Positions 48,013 to 59,305 of a stretch of DNA of 64,000 nt are shown here, piece by piece. The stretch lies in contig CAWABA010000004.1 in NCBI GenBank assembly GCA_963780185.1, positions 64,001-128,000 on the forward strand. Direction: 5' to 3'. The notes beneath the pieces were generated by a model. That model was not told where the DNA came from and did no database searches. It worked only from the letters and a program-made list of their open reading frames with translations. Source of the DNA: Candidatus Bathyarchaeota archaeon (GTDB taxonomy: Archaea > Thermoproteota > Bathyarchaeia > Bathyarchaeales > Bathycorpusculaceae). Each line of letters opens with the position of its first letter. The stretch's first letter is position 1. A program made the translations under genes and the position numbers.

Positions 48013-48813
48013 TTGAACGTGGCGAAACCAGTAATCCTAAAAATCGGCGGCTCAGCCATCACCGACAAAACAGAACAGTTAGCCGCAAAAACAGAAATCA
48101 TCAATCGTCTAGCGGAAGAAATCAAGCGGGCAGACCTTGACAACCTAATTATCGTTCACGGCGGCGGCAGCTTTGGGCATCCGACTGCGCAAAAGTACGG
48201 CATAAAAGAAGGATACAAAGAGGACCCAACGCAGAAACTTGGTTTCGCAGAAACCCACCATGTGATGACCGTGTTAAACGGGTTGGTTATGGACGCGCTT
48301 ATTTGGCATGAAGTTCCAGCCATAAGCATAGCTCCATCAGGCTGCATCTTAACTAACAATGGCAGGATAAGGTTTTTTGACGAAACCGTGCTTAAAGCGA
48401 TGGAGAAAATGTTGTTTAAGCCTGTCCTGTACGGCGATGCGGTTTTGGATGATAAGTTAGGCTTCACAATTCTCTCTGGCGATCAACTGGTTGCGTATTT
48501 GGCAATCAGGTATAATGCTTCAAAAATCGTCGTGGGCGTTGATACCGACGGCTTGTTTGACTGCGACCCGAAAACTAACCCAGAAGCTAAACCCTACAAA
48601 CACTTGACGCTGGCGGAGCTTAAGCAGATTCAGCCTAAACTCGGCAAAGCAGCAGGCGCAGACGTCACAGGCGGCATGGCGGGTAAAATAGCAGAGCTTA
48701 TCCCAGCAGTAGAAGCAGGCATTCATGTTACGGTTACTGGAGCCACAAAGGGATTATCGATTTACAGGGCACTAACAGACCAAAGTGTTTTAGGTACGGA
48801 AATCGAGAAGTAA
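48013..48813 (+). CDS. ipk: Isopentenyl phosphate kinase
   Basis: LKIGGSAITDK, VHGGGSFGH, ILSGD, DVTGGM.GK. Confidence 0.93.
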   Translation: MNVAKPVILKIGGSAITDKTEQLAAKTEIINRLAEEIKRADLDNLIIVHGGGSFGHPTAQKYGIKEGYKEDPTQKLGFAETHHVMTVLNGLVMDALIWHEVPAISIAPSGCILTNNGRIRFFDETVLKAMEKMLFKPVLYGDAVLDDKLGFTILSGDQLVAYLAIRYNASKIVVGVDTDGLFDCDPKTNPEAKPYKHLTLAELKQIQPKLGKAAGADVTGGMAGKIAELIPAVEAGIHVTVTGATKGLSIYRALTDQSVLGTEIEK

Positions 48814-48817
48814 CGGT

Positions 48818-49918
48818 ATGGCTGAAAAAACGGAAAACCGCAAGGCAGACCACATAAGGATTTGCCTCGAGCAAAAAGCTCAAGCAAAAAAAACCACCTC
48901 AGGCTTTGAAGACATTCAGTTCATCCACCGCGCCCTCCCAGAACTTGACCGCGAAAAAATCAGCTTATCCACTTCTTTTTTCGGCAAAAAACTTTCAGCG
49001 CCCCTAATCGTAGGAGCCATGACAGGCGGAACAAAAGAAGCCACAAAAATTAACGCTTCAATCGCCCTCGCCGTAGAGAAGCTACATTTAGGCATGGGCG
49101 TCGGAAGCCAAAGAGCAGCCATCGAAGACAAAAAACTCGAAGACACCTACGCGGTAGCACGCAAAAAAGCGCCAACCGCCTTCTTAATCGCCAATATCGG
49201 CGGAGTCCAACTTGCACACGGCTACGGCTTAAAGGAAGCAAAGAAAGCAGTGGAAATGATAGATGCAGACGCGTTGGCAATCCACATGAATCCGCTGCAG
49301 GAAGCCATCCAACCCGAGGGACAAACCAACTTCAAAGGTGTCCTCGCAAAAATCGGCGAAATCGCCTCTGAACTAGACGTGCCCGTTATCGTTAAGGAGA
49401 CGGGCTGCGGCTTTTGTGCGGAAGACGCAAAAGCTTTGGAAGACTCTGGCGTAAAAGCCATTGACGTCGGCGGAGTCGGCGGAACAAGTTTCGCCGCTGT
49501 TGAATTTTACCGTTCAGTAGACGGCAAAACTATGGGTGAAGCGTTCTGGGACTGGGGAATCCCAACCGCTGTAAGCCTGATTGAAACAACTCAAACCGTA
49601 AAGATTCCAGTGGTCACTTCAGGCGGAATACGAAACGGCATAGACATTGCGAAGTCAATCGCGTTGAACGCAAGTTTAGCTAGCCTAGCCCAACCCGTGC
49701 TTGAAGCCGCCGTGAAAGGAGCCAAAGAAACTGAAGAGTTGCTTTCCTGCTTAACCAATGAAATGCGCACCGTCATGTTTCTTGTCGGCGCCAAAAACAT
49801 TGAATCCCTCGCAAAAGTGCCTGTTGTCGTGACAGGAAAAACCGCAGAATGGCTAAACATTCGAGACTTCGACACAGCAAATTACGCCCTCAGGAGAAAC
49901 GTGACGTTTGAATATTGA
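48818..49918 (+). CDS. fni: Type 2 isopentenyl-diphosphate delta-isomerase
   Basis: RKADHI, AMTGG, GVGSQR, NPLQE..QPEG, VKETGCG, GGTS. Confidence 0.95.
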   Translation: MAEKTENRKADHIRICLEQKAQAKKTTSGFEDIQFIHRALPELDREKISLSTSFFGKKLSAPLIVGAMTGGTKEATKINASIALAVEKLHLGMGVGSQRAAIEDKKLEDTYAVARKKAPTAFLIANIGGVQLAHGYGLKEAKKAVEMIDADALAIHMNPLQEAIQPEGQTNFKGVLAKIGEIASELDVPVIVKETGCGFCAEDAKALEDSGVKAIDVGGVGGTSFAAVEFYRSVDGKTMGEAFWDWGIPTAVSLIETTQTVKIPVVTSGGIRNGIDIAKSIALNASLASLAQPVLEAAVKGAKETEELLSCLTNEMRTVMFLVGAKNIESLAKVPVVVTGKTAEWLNIRDFDTANYALRRNVTFEY

Positions 49919-50978
49919 AAAGTTTCTTGAAGAAAAGGCACCCTTAATCGATAAAGCCATCGAAAAATATGTTCCCAGAAAATTCACTGAAGATTCGGTT
50001 CTTTTCAAAGTCGATCCGCCGATGTACAGCTACAACTTGCAGCCGCTTAACAAGGCAATCGCGGATCCGATTTGGGACATGCTGGACCGCGGCGGAAAAA
50101 GGTGGCGCCCAGCCCTCTTCCTGCTGATATGTGAAGCACTTGGCAACAGCTCCGATTATTGCTTGGACTTCTCCATTATCCCCGAAGTTATCCATAACGG
50201 CACGCTGGTGGTTGACGACATCGAAGACGCCTCAGAGCTTCGCCGTGGCAAACCATGCACCTACAAAATCTTCCAGATGGACATAGCGGTTAACGCTGGA
50301 AACGCCATGTATTACCTTCCCCTTCTGCCGCTGATGACGCAGAAAGCAAAGATGGCGCCTGAGACGCAGCGGGACATTTACGAGGTTTACGTTCAAGAAA
50401 TGATTAACCTCAGTTTGGGGCAAGCCATGGACATCGCGTGGCACAGCGGCTTAGCCAACGCCGACGAGCTGTGTGAAGAGGATTACCTGCAGATGTGCGC
50501 TTACAAAACAGGCACGCTTGCGCGGATGGCGGCGAAAATGGCTGCAGTTCTCGCAGGCGCGAACAAACCGCTTGTAGATAAGCTTGGGCGTCTGGCTGAA
50601 AGCATCGGGGTGGCTTTTCAGATGCAGGATGACATTTTAGATTTGACTGGTGTGGACTTCGCGAAAAAGAAAGGCGGCGTCGGACAAGACATAACAGAGG
50701 GCAAACGAAGCCTAATGGTTATTTACACACTTGGAAAGGCTAACAGCGTCGATAGGAAGCGGCTTATTCAGATTCTTAACATGCATACTTCCGAGCAACC
50801 GCTGCGAGATGAAGCTATCGCCCTGATGCAGAAGTACGGCGCCATAGGACACGTCAAAGCCACCGCGGAGCGAATGGTTGAGGAAAGCTGGGTTGAAACT
50901 GAGAAGCTGTTGCCGACGCCTCAAGCTAAGGAAAAATTAAAAGCGTTCGCTGAATTCTTGATTAAAAGAAACAAGTAG
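49908..50978 (+). CDS. Geranylgeranyl diphosphate synthase (polyprenyl synthetase)
   Basis: GGKRWRP, DDIED...RRG, GQAMD, KTG, FQMQDDILD. Confidence 0.93.
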   Translation: MNIEKFLEEKAPLIDKAIEKYVPRKFTEDSVLFKVDPPMYSYNLQPLNKAIADPIWDMLDRGGKRWRPALFLLICEALGNSSDYCLDFSIIPEVIHNGTLVVDDIEDASELRRGKPCTYKIFQMDIAVNAGNAMYYLPLLPLMTQKAKMAPETQRDIYEVYVQEMINLSLGQAMDIAWHSGLANADELCEEDYLQMCAYKTGTLARMAAKMAAVLAGANKPLVDKLGRLAESIGVAFQMQDDILDLTGVDFAKKKGGVGQDITEGKRSLMVIYTLGKANSVDRKRLIQILNMHTSEQPLRDEAIALMQKYGAIGHVKATAERMVEESWVETEKLLPTPQAKEKLKAFAEFLIKRNK

Positions 50979-50981
50979 TTT

Positions 50982-52748
50982 GTGAGCGTTACGGATTTGG
51001 CATTAGAAAAAGATAATGACTTAAAGGAATTCATACGGAAAGCCGCGTTGCTGAACGCTGTTTCCCATGACGGAAAGGCTCAAGCAGGCGCTTTAGTCGG
51101 CAAGGTTCTCGGCGAAAAAGCGGACCTGCGCTCAAAAGTGAAGGAGCTTTCAGGCGTAATCAACACCGTCGTAAACGAAGTTAACAACTTGTCTTTTGCG
51201 GAGCAAAAGGCGATTGTGGAGAAGAATTGGCCTGAAACGCAGAAAAAAGAGAAACCTGAAGAAAAACGTCTCTCCCCCCTGCCAAACGCCGACAAGTACC
51301 CGTCGATAGTGACCCGTTTCTCCCCGAACCCCGACTGCGTCCTGCATCTGGGTTCCGCAAGAGCCATCCTTCTTAGCCACGAATACGCCCGCATGTACGG
51401 CGGCAAATTTATCCTGCGTTTCGAAGATACAGACCCCAAAGTGAAGAAGCCGTCGCTGGTTTTCTACGACAGCATCAGGCAAGATTTGAAGTGGCTCGGC
51501 TGCGCAGTCGACGAAGAATACATCCAAAGCGACCGACTCCCCATATACTACGAATACACAGAGAAGCTAATCGAAGACGGCAACGCCTACGTCTGCGAAT
51601 GCCCCGCTGAAGAGTTCCGCAAAAAAACCATAGAAAAACAAGCCTGCCCATGCCGCAACCTGCCTGCAGCGGAACAGCTGGAACGCTGGAAACGCATGTT
51701 AAGCGGCGGATACACCGAAGGACAAGCAGTGGTCAGAGTTAAAACTGACATTGAACATCCAAACCCAGCCGTCAGAGACTGGCCAGCGTTAAGGATTATT
51801 GACACGAAAAAATATCCGCATCCGAGGGTGGGAAGCAGATACATTGTTTGGCCGCTGTACAATTTGGCTGCGGGCTTAGATGACCACCTGATGGGTATGA
51901 CCCACATCATCCGAGGCAAAGAACACTACACCAACATGGTCCGCCAAAAATACATGTACCAACATCTATGCTGGGAATACCCTGAAGCCATACACTACGG
52001 CAGACTCAAAATCACAGGCGCGTTCTTGAGCAAATCAAAAATCGTTCAAGGCGTAAAAGACGGCTGCTACACAGGCTTTGACGACCCACGCCTAGGCACC
52101 TTCGCCGCACTTAGGAAACGCGGCATAACTCCTGAAGCCATCAAAAAAATGATAATTGACGTAGGAACAAAATCAAACGACGTGACGCTAAGCTGGGAGA
52201 ACCTGTTCTCGTACAACCGCAAAATTCTAGACGCCGCAAGCAACCGATACTTCTTCGTTGACGACCCAGTCGAACTCAAAGTTTCGAAGGTGCCTAAAAC
52301 CTTTAACGCCAAACTCCCCTTGCACCCAGAGAACCCTGAACGCGGATTCAGAGAATACACCGTGACTCCCGAAGGTCAAGAGCAAGCAGCGAGTTTCTGG
52401 GTTTCAAAAAAGGATGCTGAGGCTTTGGAGCCTGGCAAGATTGTGAGGCTGATGGAGCTTTTCAACGTTAAAGTCGAAAGCAAAACAAGCGACTCGGTGA
52501 CGGCGACGTACGCAAGCGAGTCATACGACGATGTCAGAAAAATTAAGGTCCAGCTTATCCAGTGGATTCCAAAAGGCGCAGAGTTCCAATGCCAGGTTGT
52601 TATGCCAGATGCCTCAGTTACCGAGGGGTTTGCTGAGAGCGCCTGCAAAAACTTAAAGCCAGACACCATAATACAGTTTGAACGTTTCGGATTCACCCGA
52701 ATAGACCGGGTAAACCAGAAATTGGTCGCGTACTACGCTCACAAGTAA
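50982..52748 (+). CDS. gltX: Glutamate--tRNA ligase
   Basis: RFSPNPD..LHLG, RFEDTDP, THIIRGKEH, LSKS, QFERFGF. Confidence 0.96.
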   Translation: MSVTDLALEKDNDLKEFIRKAALLNAVSHDGKAQAGALVGKVLGEKADLRSKVKELSGVINTVVNEVNNLSFAEQKAIVEKNWPETQKKEKPEEKRLSPLPNADKYPSIVTRFSPNPDCVLHLGSARAILLSHEYARMYGGKFILRFEDTDPKVKKPSLVFYDSIRQDLKWLGCAVDEEYIQSDRLPIYYEYTEKLIEDGNAYVCECPAEEFRKKTIEKQACPCRNLPAAEQLERWKRMLSGGYTEGQAVVRVKTDIEHPNPAVRDWPALRIIDTKKYPHPRVGSRYIVWPLYNLAAGLDDHLMGMTHIIRGKEHYTNMVRQKYMYQHLCWEYPEAIHYGRLKITGAFLSKSKIVQGVKDGCYTGFDDPRLGTFAALRKRGITPEAIKKMIIDVGTKSNDVTLSWENLFSYNRKILDAASNRYFFVDDPVELKVSKVPKTFNAKLPLHPENPERGFREYTVTPEGQEQAASFWVSKKDAEALEPGKIVRLMELFNVKVESKTSDSVTATYASESYDDVRKIKVQLIQWIPKGAEFQCQVVMPDASVTEGFAESACKNLKPDTIIQFERFGFTRIDRVNQKLVAYYAHK

Positions 52749-52761
52749 GAGATGACCCAGC

Positions 52762-53064
52762 ATGAAGAAACTCGATAAAGCAATAATTTGGCCAATCTAC
52801 TTTGACGCCAACAAACCAAGAAGAAAAGGACGCCGAGTACCCAAAAACTTAGCCGTGCAAGCGCCGAAAATCGACGAAGTTAAACAGGCAGTTGACCGAC
52901 TGGGCTTAAAAAACGAGGTCCGACTTGAAGCCCACTTCCCCAGAATTCCATGGGCTAAGACTGGAATGTTACTTGTTGAAAAGAAAGAACCGAAAGAAAA
53001 GATAATCCAGAAAATCGCAAAACAACTATTAAAGATAAGAAGCGTACCTGCGAAACCGCAGTAG
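52762..53064 (+). CDS. srp19: Signal recognition particle protein SRP19
   Basis: IIWPIYFD...GRRVPKNLAV. Confidence 0.92.
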   Translation: MKKLDKAIIWPIYFDANKPRRKGRRVPKNLAVQAPKIDEVKQAVDRLGLKNEVRLEAHFPRIPWAKTGMLLVEKKEPKEKIIQKIAKQLLKIRSVPAKPQ

Positions 53065-53065
53065 C

Positions 53066-53461
53066 TTAAGCTTTTTCTTTAGTGATGAGAACCGCGTTGA
53101 TTACGCCGTCGTTTCCTGGGCGACTGGTAACTTTTGCCAAGCCTAGGGAGGTTTCGATTTCTGCGCCTTTAGTGATGACGCCTCTGCGGTTGTAGTCTAC
53201 GTTTGCGCCGTTGCGGACGACACGGGTGATTTCTGTTTTAGCAGTTTTGCCCGTTTTCGGGTCGGTGACTGAAACGAACTTGTCGCTCAAAACTCTAACT
53301 TTGGTGTTGCCGCCCATGCCTCGAGTGGTTTTCCTTTTAGGTTCACCGAGGACTGTCTCAGCTGGGTAACCGCCTTCCTCATATTTTTTCTTGACGCGGT
53401 AAGCTCTTTTTTTGCCGCCTGAAAGTTTCCGTTTACGTAAAGTGCCATGCCAAACAGACAT
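53066..53461 (-). CDS. rps8e: 30S ribosomal protein eS8
   Basis: RKLSGG...RGMGGN...RRGVITKG...VTSRPGNDGVINA. Confidence 0.96.
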   Translation of the reverse strand: MSVWHGTLRKRKLSGGKKRAYRVKKKYEEGGYPAETVLGEPKRKTTRGMGGNTKVRVLSDKFVSVTDPKTGKTAKTEITRVVRNGANVDYNRRGVITKGAEIETSLGLAKVTSRPGNDGVINAVLITKEKA

Positions 53462-53667
53462 TATTCCACATTTCCTAACGAATATCTAATTCGAGCATTC
53501 ACTAAAACATTGGATTTCCATATAAACGTATCCGTTTCAAGCCTTATCTTCCTCAACCAAGATGCTTATGCGTTCTCGTTTCAAGCCTATTTTGCCCTCT
53601 ACAGAAGTATATGGCTTGGTAGATTGTCGCATTAGAAAAAGTTGCCAGCATAGTTTGTTGAGAATAA

Positions 53668-54012
53668 GTGTCAAACCTTAAAAAGGAAAAAGTGTTAGTT
53701 ACTTTGTCTACGATGAAGTCCTTGGAAGAAATAAAGGCTCAGTTAGAAAAACTCAAGCCAATTCTCAAAGAAAAGTATCAAGTGGAAACGATAGGCGTGT
53801 TCGGTTCGTACTCGCGAGGTGAACAGAAGAACAAAAGCGACATTGACATTCTCGTCACTTTCTACGAACCAAACGACATCGACCTTATCGACTTCATCGA
53901 AATAAAGCAGTTCCTTAGCAACAGACTGAAGACAAAAGTTGATCTGGTAAAAAAGAGCGCTTTGAAGCCTTTAATTAAAGACAAAATTCTTGGAGAGACG
54001 ATCTACATTTGA
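53668..54012 (+). CDS. MNT nucleotidyltransferase antitoxin (likely start 53713)
   Basis: GVFGSYSRGEQ...SDIDIL...VDLV. Confidence 0.9.
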   Translation: MSNLKKEKVLVTLSTMKSLEEIKAQLEKLKPILKEKYQVETIGVFGSYSRGEQKNKSDIDILVTFYEPNDIDLIDFIEIKQFLSNRLKTKVDLVKKSALKPLIKDKILGETIYI

Positions 54013-54353
54013 CCAGAAGCATGAAACTCTACCTTCAAGACATCTCTGACGCCATCAAAGAAGTTGAAGAATTCATGACAGGTCTTTCTTTTGAAGATTT
54101 TTCCGAAAACAAGCAAGTAATTCGAGCAATAACAATGGATTTCATAATAATCGGAGAAGCATCTAAACATTTGCTGACGGAGACCCGCAAAAGATATCCT
54201 CAAATTCCTTGGCAAAAAATTGTCGGGATGAAAAATATTCTCACACACGATTATCCTGAAACAGATAACGAAATCCTCTGGAAAACAGCCAAGAAAAGAT
54301 TACCAGAATTAAAGATCGTAATCGATGAAATCCTCGAGGAAACGTCTGAGTAA
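54009..54353 (+). CDS. HEPN/DUF86 (HepT-like) toxin
   Basis: IIGEASK...IPW..IVGMKNILTHDY. Confidence 0.88.
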   Translation: MTRSMKLYLQDISDAIKEVEEFMTGLSFEDFSENKQVIRAITMDFIIIGEASKHLLTETRKRYPQIPWQKIVGMKNILTHDYPETDNEILWKTAKKRLPELKIVIDEILEETSE

Positions 54354-54458
54354 ATAATAGAAGATTTTCAGTTAAGTGTTTGATTAATAATTGATTACAA
54401 AAAATCCGTTACACGCAGAAAAAATTTTGACCCCCAGAGTAAGATCTGTAAAGGAAGA

Positions 54459-55061
54459 TTACTGTTGGTCCTTTTCGTCTTTTAATGATTCGCCAAAAAT
54501 CTTTTTCAAATTCCTTTTCATTTCGGTTATGTCGTTGGGTAAGCCGAAGTAGTCGGCGAAGTCAGCCGTGGTTTTCAGCATCATGGAGCGCCCGCTTTTT
54601 TCAGCCATAATCAAATGGCTCTCTTTTAGCTCCTTAATATGACCGTACGCGTGTTGTCCCCTAACATCGATGACTCGTTTCTGGCTGATAGGCTGCCTGA
54701 TTGCAATGTAAGAAAGCGTTTTGAGGGGACCTGAAGAAAGCAATGGGCGATTCACCAGTTTCTGGATTAAATGAGTGAAATCTGCTTTGACCTGCAGCAC
54801 GTAGCGTTCGTCTTTTAAAGCCAATATCTCAAGCGCCGTCTTCCTCGCATTGTACTCCTTCATCAGGGTGTCTGCGTATTTTTGGGCTTTCTTTTTTGAT
54901 CGACTACCGATGACTTGGCACAGCTCGTTCAAGTCTAAGGGTCGCCCGGCAACAAAGAGGGCGGCTTCTATGAGCACCATGCAATGAGCTTTACGCTCTT
55001 CATCCTGCGCTTGCTCCGCATCAGGGTTTAATTCAACTGGTGTTTCCTTCGGCTTTTCCAA
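54459..55061 (-). CDS. scpB: SMC-Scp complex subunit ScpB
   Basis: IEAALF, TLSYIA.RQPI, TTADFADYFGL. Confidence 0.92.
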   Translation of the reverse strand: MEKPKETPVELNPDAEQAQDEERKAHCMVLIEAALFVAGRPLDLNELCQVIGSRSKKKAQKYADTLMKEYNARKTALEILALKDERYVLQVKADFTHLIQKLVNRPLLSSGPLKTLSYIAIRQPISQKRVIDVRGQHAYGHIKELKESHLIMAEKSGRSMMLKTTADFADYFGLPNDITEMKRNLKKIFGESLKDEKDQQ

Positions 55062-55749
55062 CGTTCAGTTTCCCCACAGCAATGTATAATTCTTCAGTTT
55101 CCTCATTCTGCCAAAGACTTACCAAGCCATCCTGAGCTAAGAACAGCAGGTAAATGAATGTTCTCAACGCTTCAATCCGAGTCATGCCTTTAGTGAGGGT
55201 TGAAAAATCAATTATTCCCGAACCCCCAACCTTCTCAGTTAAGACACCGTATAAATTGTTGATTTGCAACTCGATTTCTGCCATAAACTTGTCAAACTGC
55301 GGAAGCAAATCTGTCACGGAGGGCAAAATCGGATGCTGCTCAACCACGTGGTTCAGGTTAAGCAGTCTTTCGCCTTTGAGCACGTCATCTAAGACTTCAA
55401 GCAGGTGCTGAATGGTGGTTGAAGTCAATTCGTGCCTAAGCGGCAGAAACAGAGGCGGCGGAACATAATCCGTGACTCCCCGAGGCGGCGGCGGAGGCGG
55501 TTCCTGCAGAGTAAGCAGCAGCTTGGATTTCATCAGGTAAATCAGGGCGGAAGAATCCAACGCGACGCCTGAAGCTCGGAAATCCGTTTTCTCGGTTCGC
55601 TCCATTTCAGTCAGAAACGACCGTAGAAGGTAGGCTATGTTAACGTTCCAGGGCGTGAGTTTCTCTAGCTTGCTGATTTCAAACAGGATGTTCCAGGGTG
55701 GACGCAGATAGAACGGTTTTCGCATCGGCGATGTTGTCTCTGTCGCCAT
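55033..55749 (-). CDS. scpA: Kleisin ScpA
   Basis: PWNVNI...SSALIYLMKS...TFIYLLFL...LWQ; lies between smc and scpB. Confidence 0.88.
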   Translation of the reverse strand: MATETTSPMRKPFYLRPPWNILFEISKLEKLTPWNVNIAYLLRSFLTEMERTEKTDFRASGVALDSSALIYLMKSKLLLTLQEPPPPPPRGVTDYVPPPLFLPLRHELTSTTIQHLLEVLDDVLKGERLLNLNHVVEQHPILPSVTDLLPQFDKFMAEIELQINNLYGVLTEKVGGSGIIDFSTLTKGMTRIEALRTFIYLLFLAQDGLVSLWQNEETEELYIAVGKLNVGKAEGNTS

Positions 55750-58700
55750 TTTAGCTGGGCTGCCTCCGCTGGGAACTTTGCTGTCACAACGTTGGAGATT
55801 CCGTTGCGTTCGTAGACTCCGTAAACTTTCTGCGCCCGGTTCACCATTTCGGGTCTAAGACTGATTACTATGAACTGCATTTTTGCGGCTTCGTCCAAAA
55901 GTAGGTCGGCAAGCCTGCGCCGTGTGGTAAGCGTCCAAGTGCGCGTCGACTTCGTCGAGGATGTAGAATGAGGCTGGCGTGAAGTCTTTAAGCGAGAAAA
56001 TGAAAGCAACCGCCGTAATTGAACGTTCACCGCCGCTGGCTCCGCTGACCACGATTGAAGGCTTATTCGGGAACTGAACAATCATGTCTATACCGCCAGC
56101 GAAGGGTTCATCAGGGTTTTCAAGCTTAATCGTAGCTTCGCCGCCGCCGGTGAGTTTAGAGAAGTAAACTTTGAGGCTGGTGTTGATTTTTTCGAATGCA
56201 TCCATGAAAACCTTGCGTTTCTTAGCTTCAATCTCATCCATAAACTGCACAATGGCTTGCTTTTCTTTTTCCAACTCGTTTAGCCGCACTGAAAGTTCTC
56301 GGTAACGTGAAAGCTGGTCGGCGTAGTGGGAAAGGGCAAGCTGGTTTATGGCGCCGATGGTTTCTATTTCGAACTGCATCATCCGAATAGTGGTTTGCGC
56401 CTCTTCAACCTGCTTCTGGGTTGTTTCCAGCGGCTGATCATACCCGAACTGGCGAAGTTGACTTTGAAGCTGCTGCAAACGCAGTTGATTCGTCTCCGTG
56501 CTAAGTTGCAGTTGATTCAGCAAACGGTCAGCTACCTCATACTCGGTGTCGAGCAAACGCAGTTCAGCGTCGATAGAGTCAATTTGCGCAGTGAACTTTT
56601 TGGATTCTTCCCTGGCGGAAAACACGGCTTTGGAAAGTTCAACCCGGCTCTTCTCTTGCTCTTCAAGTTCCTTCTTGACGCCGTCGCGTTCCAGCAGTGC
56701 GTCTGCGACTTCTTTTTCCAGTTTTTTCTGCTGCTGCTCAACCCGAACGATCTGAATCTTTATGTTTTTGTATCCGTTGCGAAGAACCCTGTCGAACTGG
56801 GATTGGTAAGTTGAAATCTCCGTCTGCGTTGACCCCGAGTTCTGCTTAAGCGTGTTGACTTCTTCGCCGAGTTTTTCTCGTCCGACCTCAAGCGCCTGGA
56901 TGTTCTTAACGTCAGTTTTCAACCTTAAATTGGCGATTTCGCCGCGAAGCCTCTCGTCTTCCCTGCGCATGCTGTTGCGTTCGTTTCGGTAAACCTCCAT
57001 GCGTCCCTTGTAGGATGCGGCTTCACGTTCAAGTTTGCCGCCGTATTTTTCTGTGTAGCGGATGTTGAACTGGGTTCTTTTGACGCCTCGTTTGATTCTC
57101 ACTATTTCCCTGTCCAAAGTAGCGATGCCTTCTACGAGACGGGTCATCTCGATTTTTGACTGCTCCACCTCTTCTTCAAGACCCGTAATGTCGGTTCCTC
57201 TCTGGGTAAGATGCGTCTGCAATGCGTTGACGGCTTCATCCAAGCTTTTCAGGGCGTTTTCGCTTGGGATAATCGTTGAGAAATCTATCGGTGCACGGTA
57301 ATACCCGCTTTCGAAAGCGCCCGACTCGTACAGGTCGCCGTTGACTGTGACAGCGCGGTAGCCTTCGTTTGAAAGCGCAAAAGCCACCTTATCGTTCGAA
57401 ACCACCATGGTGTCTCCGAAAACATAGTTCACCGCCAACTCCCACGTTGCTATCGTACTTCATGAAGCTGGAAAGCGCGCCGACTACGCCTTCGCGGTTG
57501 GGAACAGGTTTGTTTTTGACGTTTATGTATCCCTGCAACGGGATAATTTTGATTCTGCCCAGCTTCATACGTCTGAGCGTTTCGGTGCAGGTGAAGGCTG
57601 AGTCAAGGTTCGCCACAACTAACGCGTCAAGCCAACCAGTCGCCGCTGCCTCAATGGCTTTCTTGAAGTTCTTATCAATCTTTATTAAATTGCGGAGTCT
57701 ACCGTGGATTCCGTTGATTGCGCCGACATTTCCCATTTCCTCAATGCTTCGAAGGGCTTTCTCTTCAGAGGCAATGGTTGCGGCAAGGTCTCTCTGGGTC
57801 GCGAATTCTATCACGGCGTCTTTGGCGGAGCTCGCGATTTTTTCGGCTGCTTCGATTTCTTTTTCAACGGTGTCTTTCTGCGTTTTTTTGCGTTCGATGG
57901 TTGCTTCAAGGTTTTTAAGCTGGATTTTCTGGTCCTTTTGAACTTGCTCCAGCTCAGAAAGTGACTTTTCAATTTCCGCCAGGTTGGCGCGGAATCTTTC
58001 TTTGCGCACGGTTAAGTTTTTGATTCTTCCAGTGCAAAGGCGAAGGGCTCCTTTTTCTTTGGTGTATTCCGAACGCAAATAGGCCATGCGTTTAACGTGA
58101 TTGTCGATTTGAGTCTGCTTTGCACGTATTTGCTCGTTGTTGCTGTCAAGTCCACCCCAAAGCTCAGCGGTCTGCTGCGCCAACACCTCGTGTTCAGACA
58201 CCTTTTGAGCCATTGCAACCTGGATTTTCGCGAGTTCATTTCGGAAAACCCTGATTTTGAGGCGGTTTTCCCGTATTTCACTTCGAATATTTTCCTGCTG
58301 CGCCAAGTTGTTTTCTCGTACCCGCTTGAGGCTTTCGAGGCTGCCTTGCCCAGAATTGATTTTTGTGTTCAACTCGGATAATTTGGATTTTAATTCGCCG
58401 ATGGTAATTTGGACTTTGAGAACTTGGGAGCCGCCTTCTTCGAGGTTTTCGCCGCTGAGTTTGCGCCATTCGCCTTCAACGTCGTGGCGTTTGCCCCTGC
58501 GTAGGTCCCGTTGCTCTTTGAGCTTGTCAACTCTTGCTTGGACTTTTTCGTTTTGGCTTTTGGCTTCGTTTAGTTTGGCGTTTATTTGGGTGATGTCGCT
58601 TGAGATTTTGATGGCTTGAAACTTTTTGGTTTCCGCTTGGATGAAGTTGTATCGTAAGAGCTGGTTGCGTTCGCGTTCCAAATCGTCGAGGCGCTTCTGG

Positions 58701-59305
58701 ACTTCATCGATTCTTCCCATGGCAGTGCGGATGGAAATGTCGGCTGCACGGAGTTTTTCTTCGGCTTCAACCTTCTCCGAGTCGTATTGGCCTATCCCGA
58801 CGAGGTCTTCGATTATTTTTCGTCGCTCCAAAGAGTTAATTTCAGTGAGCCTTGTGAGTGTGCCCTGCGGGATGATGTTTTGGCTCATGCTGCTTATTGA
58901 GCTCATGGAGAGGGTTTCTGTTATGTATGCGCGTGACATTCTTCTGCCGTTTAAACGGTAGACGCTTTGCCCGTTCTTGAAAACTTCCCGTGAAATAGTC
59001 ACCGTGGTTGTGTCCACAGGCATTGTGCCATCTGTATTGTCAAATTGGATAACTACCTTCGCCATCTTCGCCTTTTCTTGCCCCGCCTTGTCTGAACCGT
59101 GAAAAATCAGGTGCGCCGCATTTTCAGCGCGAAGCCTTCGGGTGCTTAATTCGCCAAGGGCGAAAAGCACGGCGTCGATGATGTTGGATTTTCCGCTTCC
59201 GTTCGGACCCGTCAGGGCCGTGAATCCTTTGTCTAAGGATATTTTGATGGTCTGCGGCCCAAACGATTTGAAACCTTTTAACTCAATTTTTTTTATGTAG
59301 GGCAT
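55750..59305 (-). CDS. smc: Chromosome segregation protein SMC (indels near 57440 and 55920)
   Basis: GFKSF, GPNGSGKSN, hinge GIHGRL...LGR, ASGGERS, ILDEVDAHLD, QFIVISL. Confidence 0.95.

Noticed and set aside
55750-59305. SMC split into three ORFs
   Set aside because: Two single indels; all motifs are colinear and scpAB are intact, so probably an error
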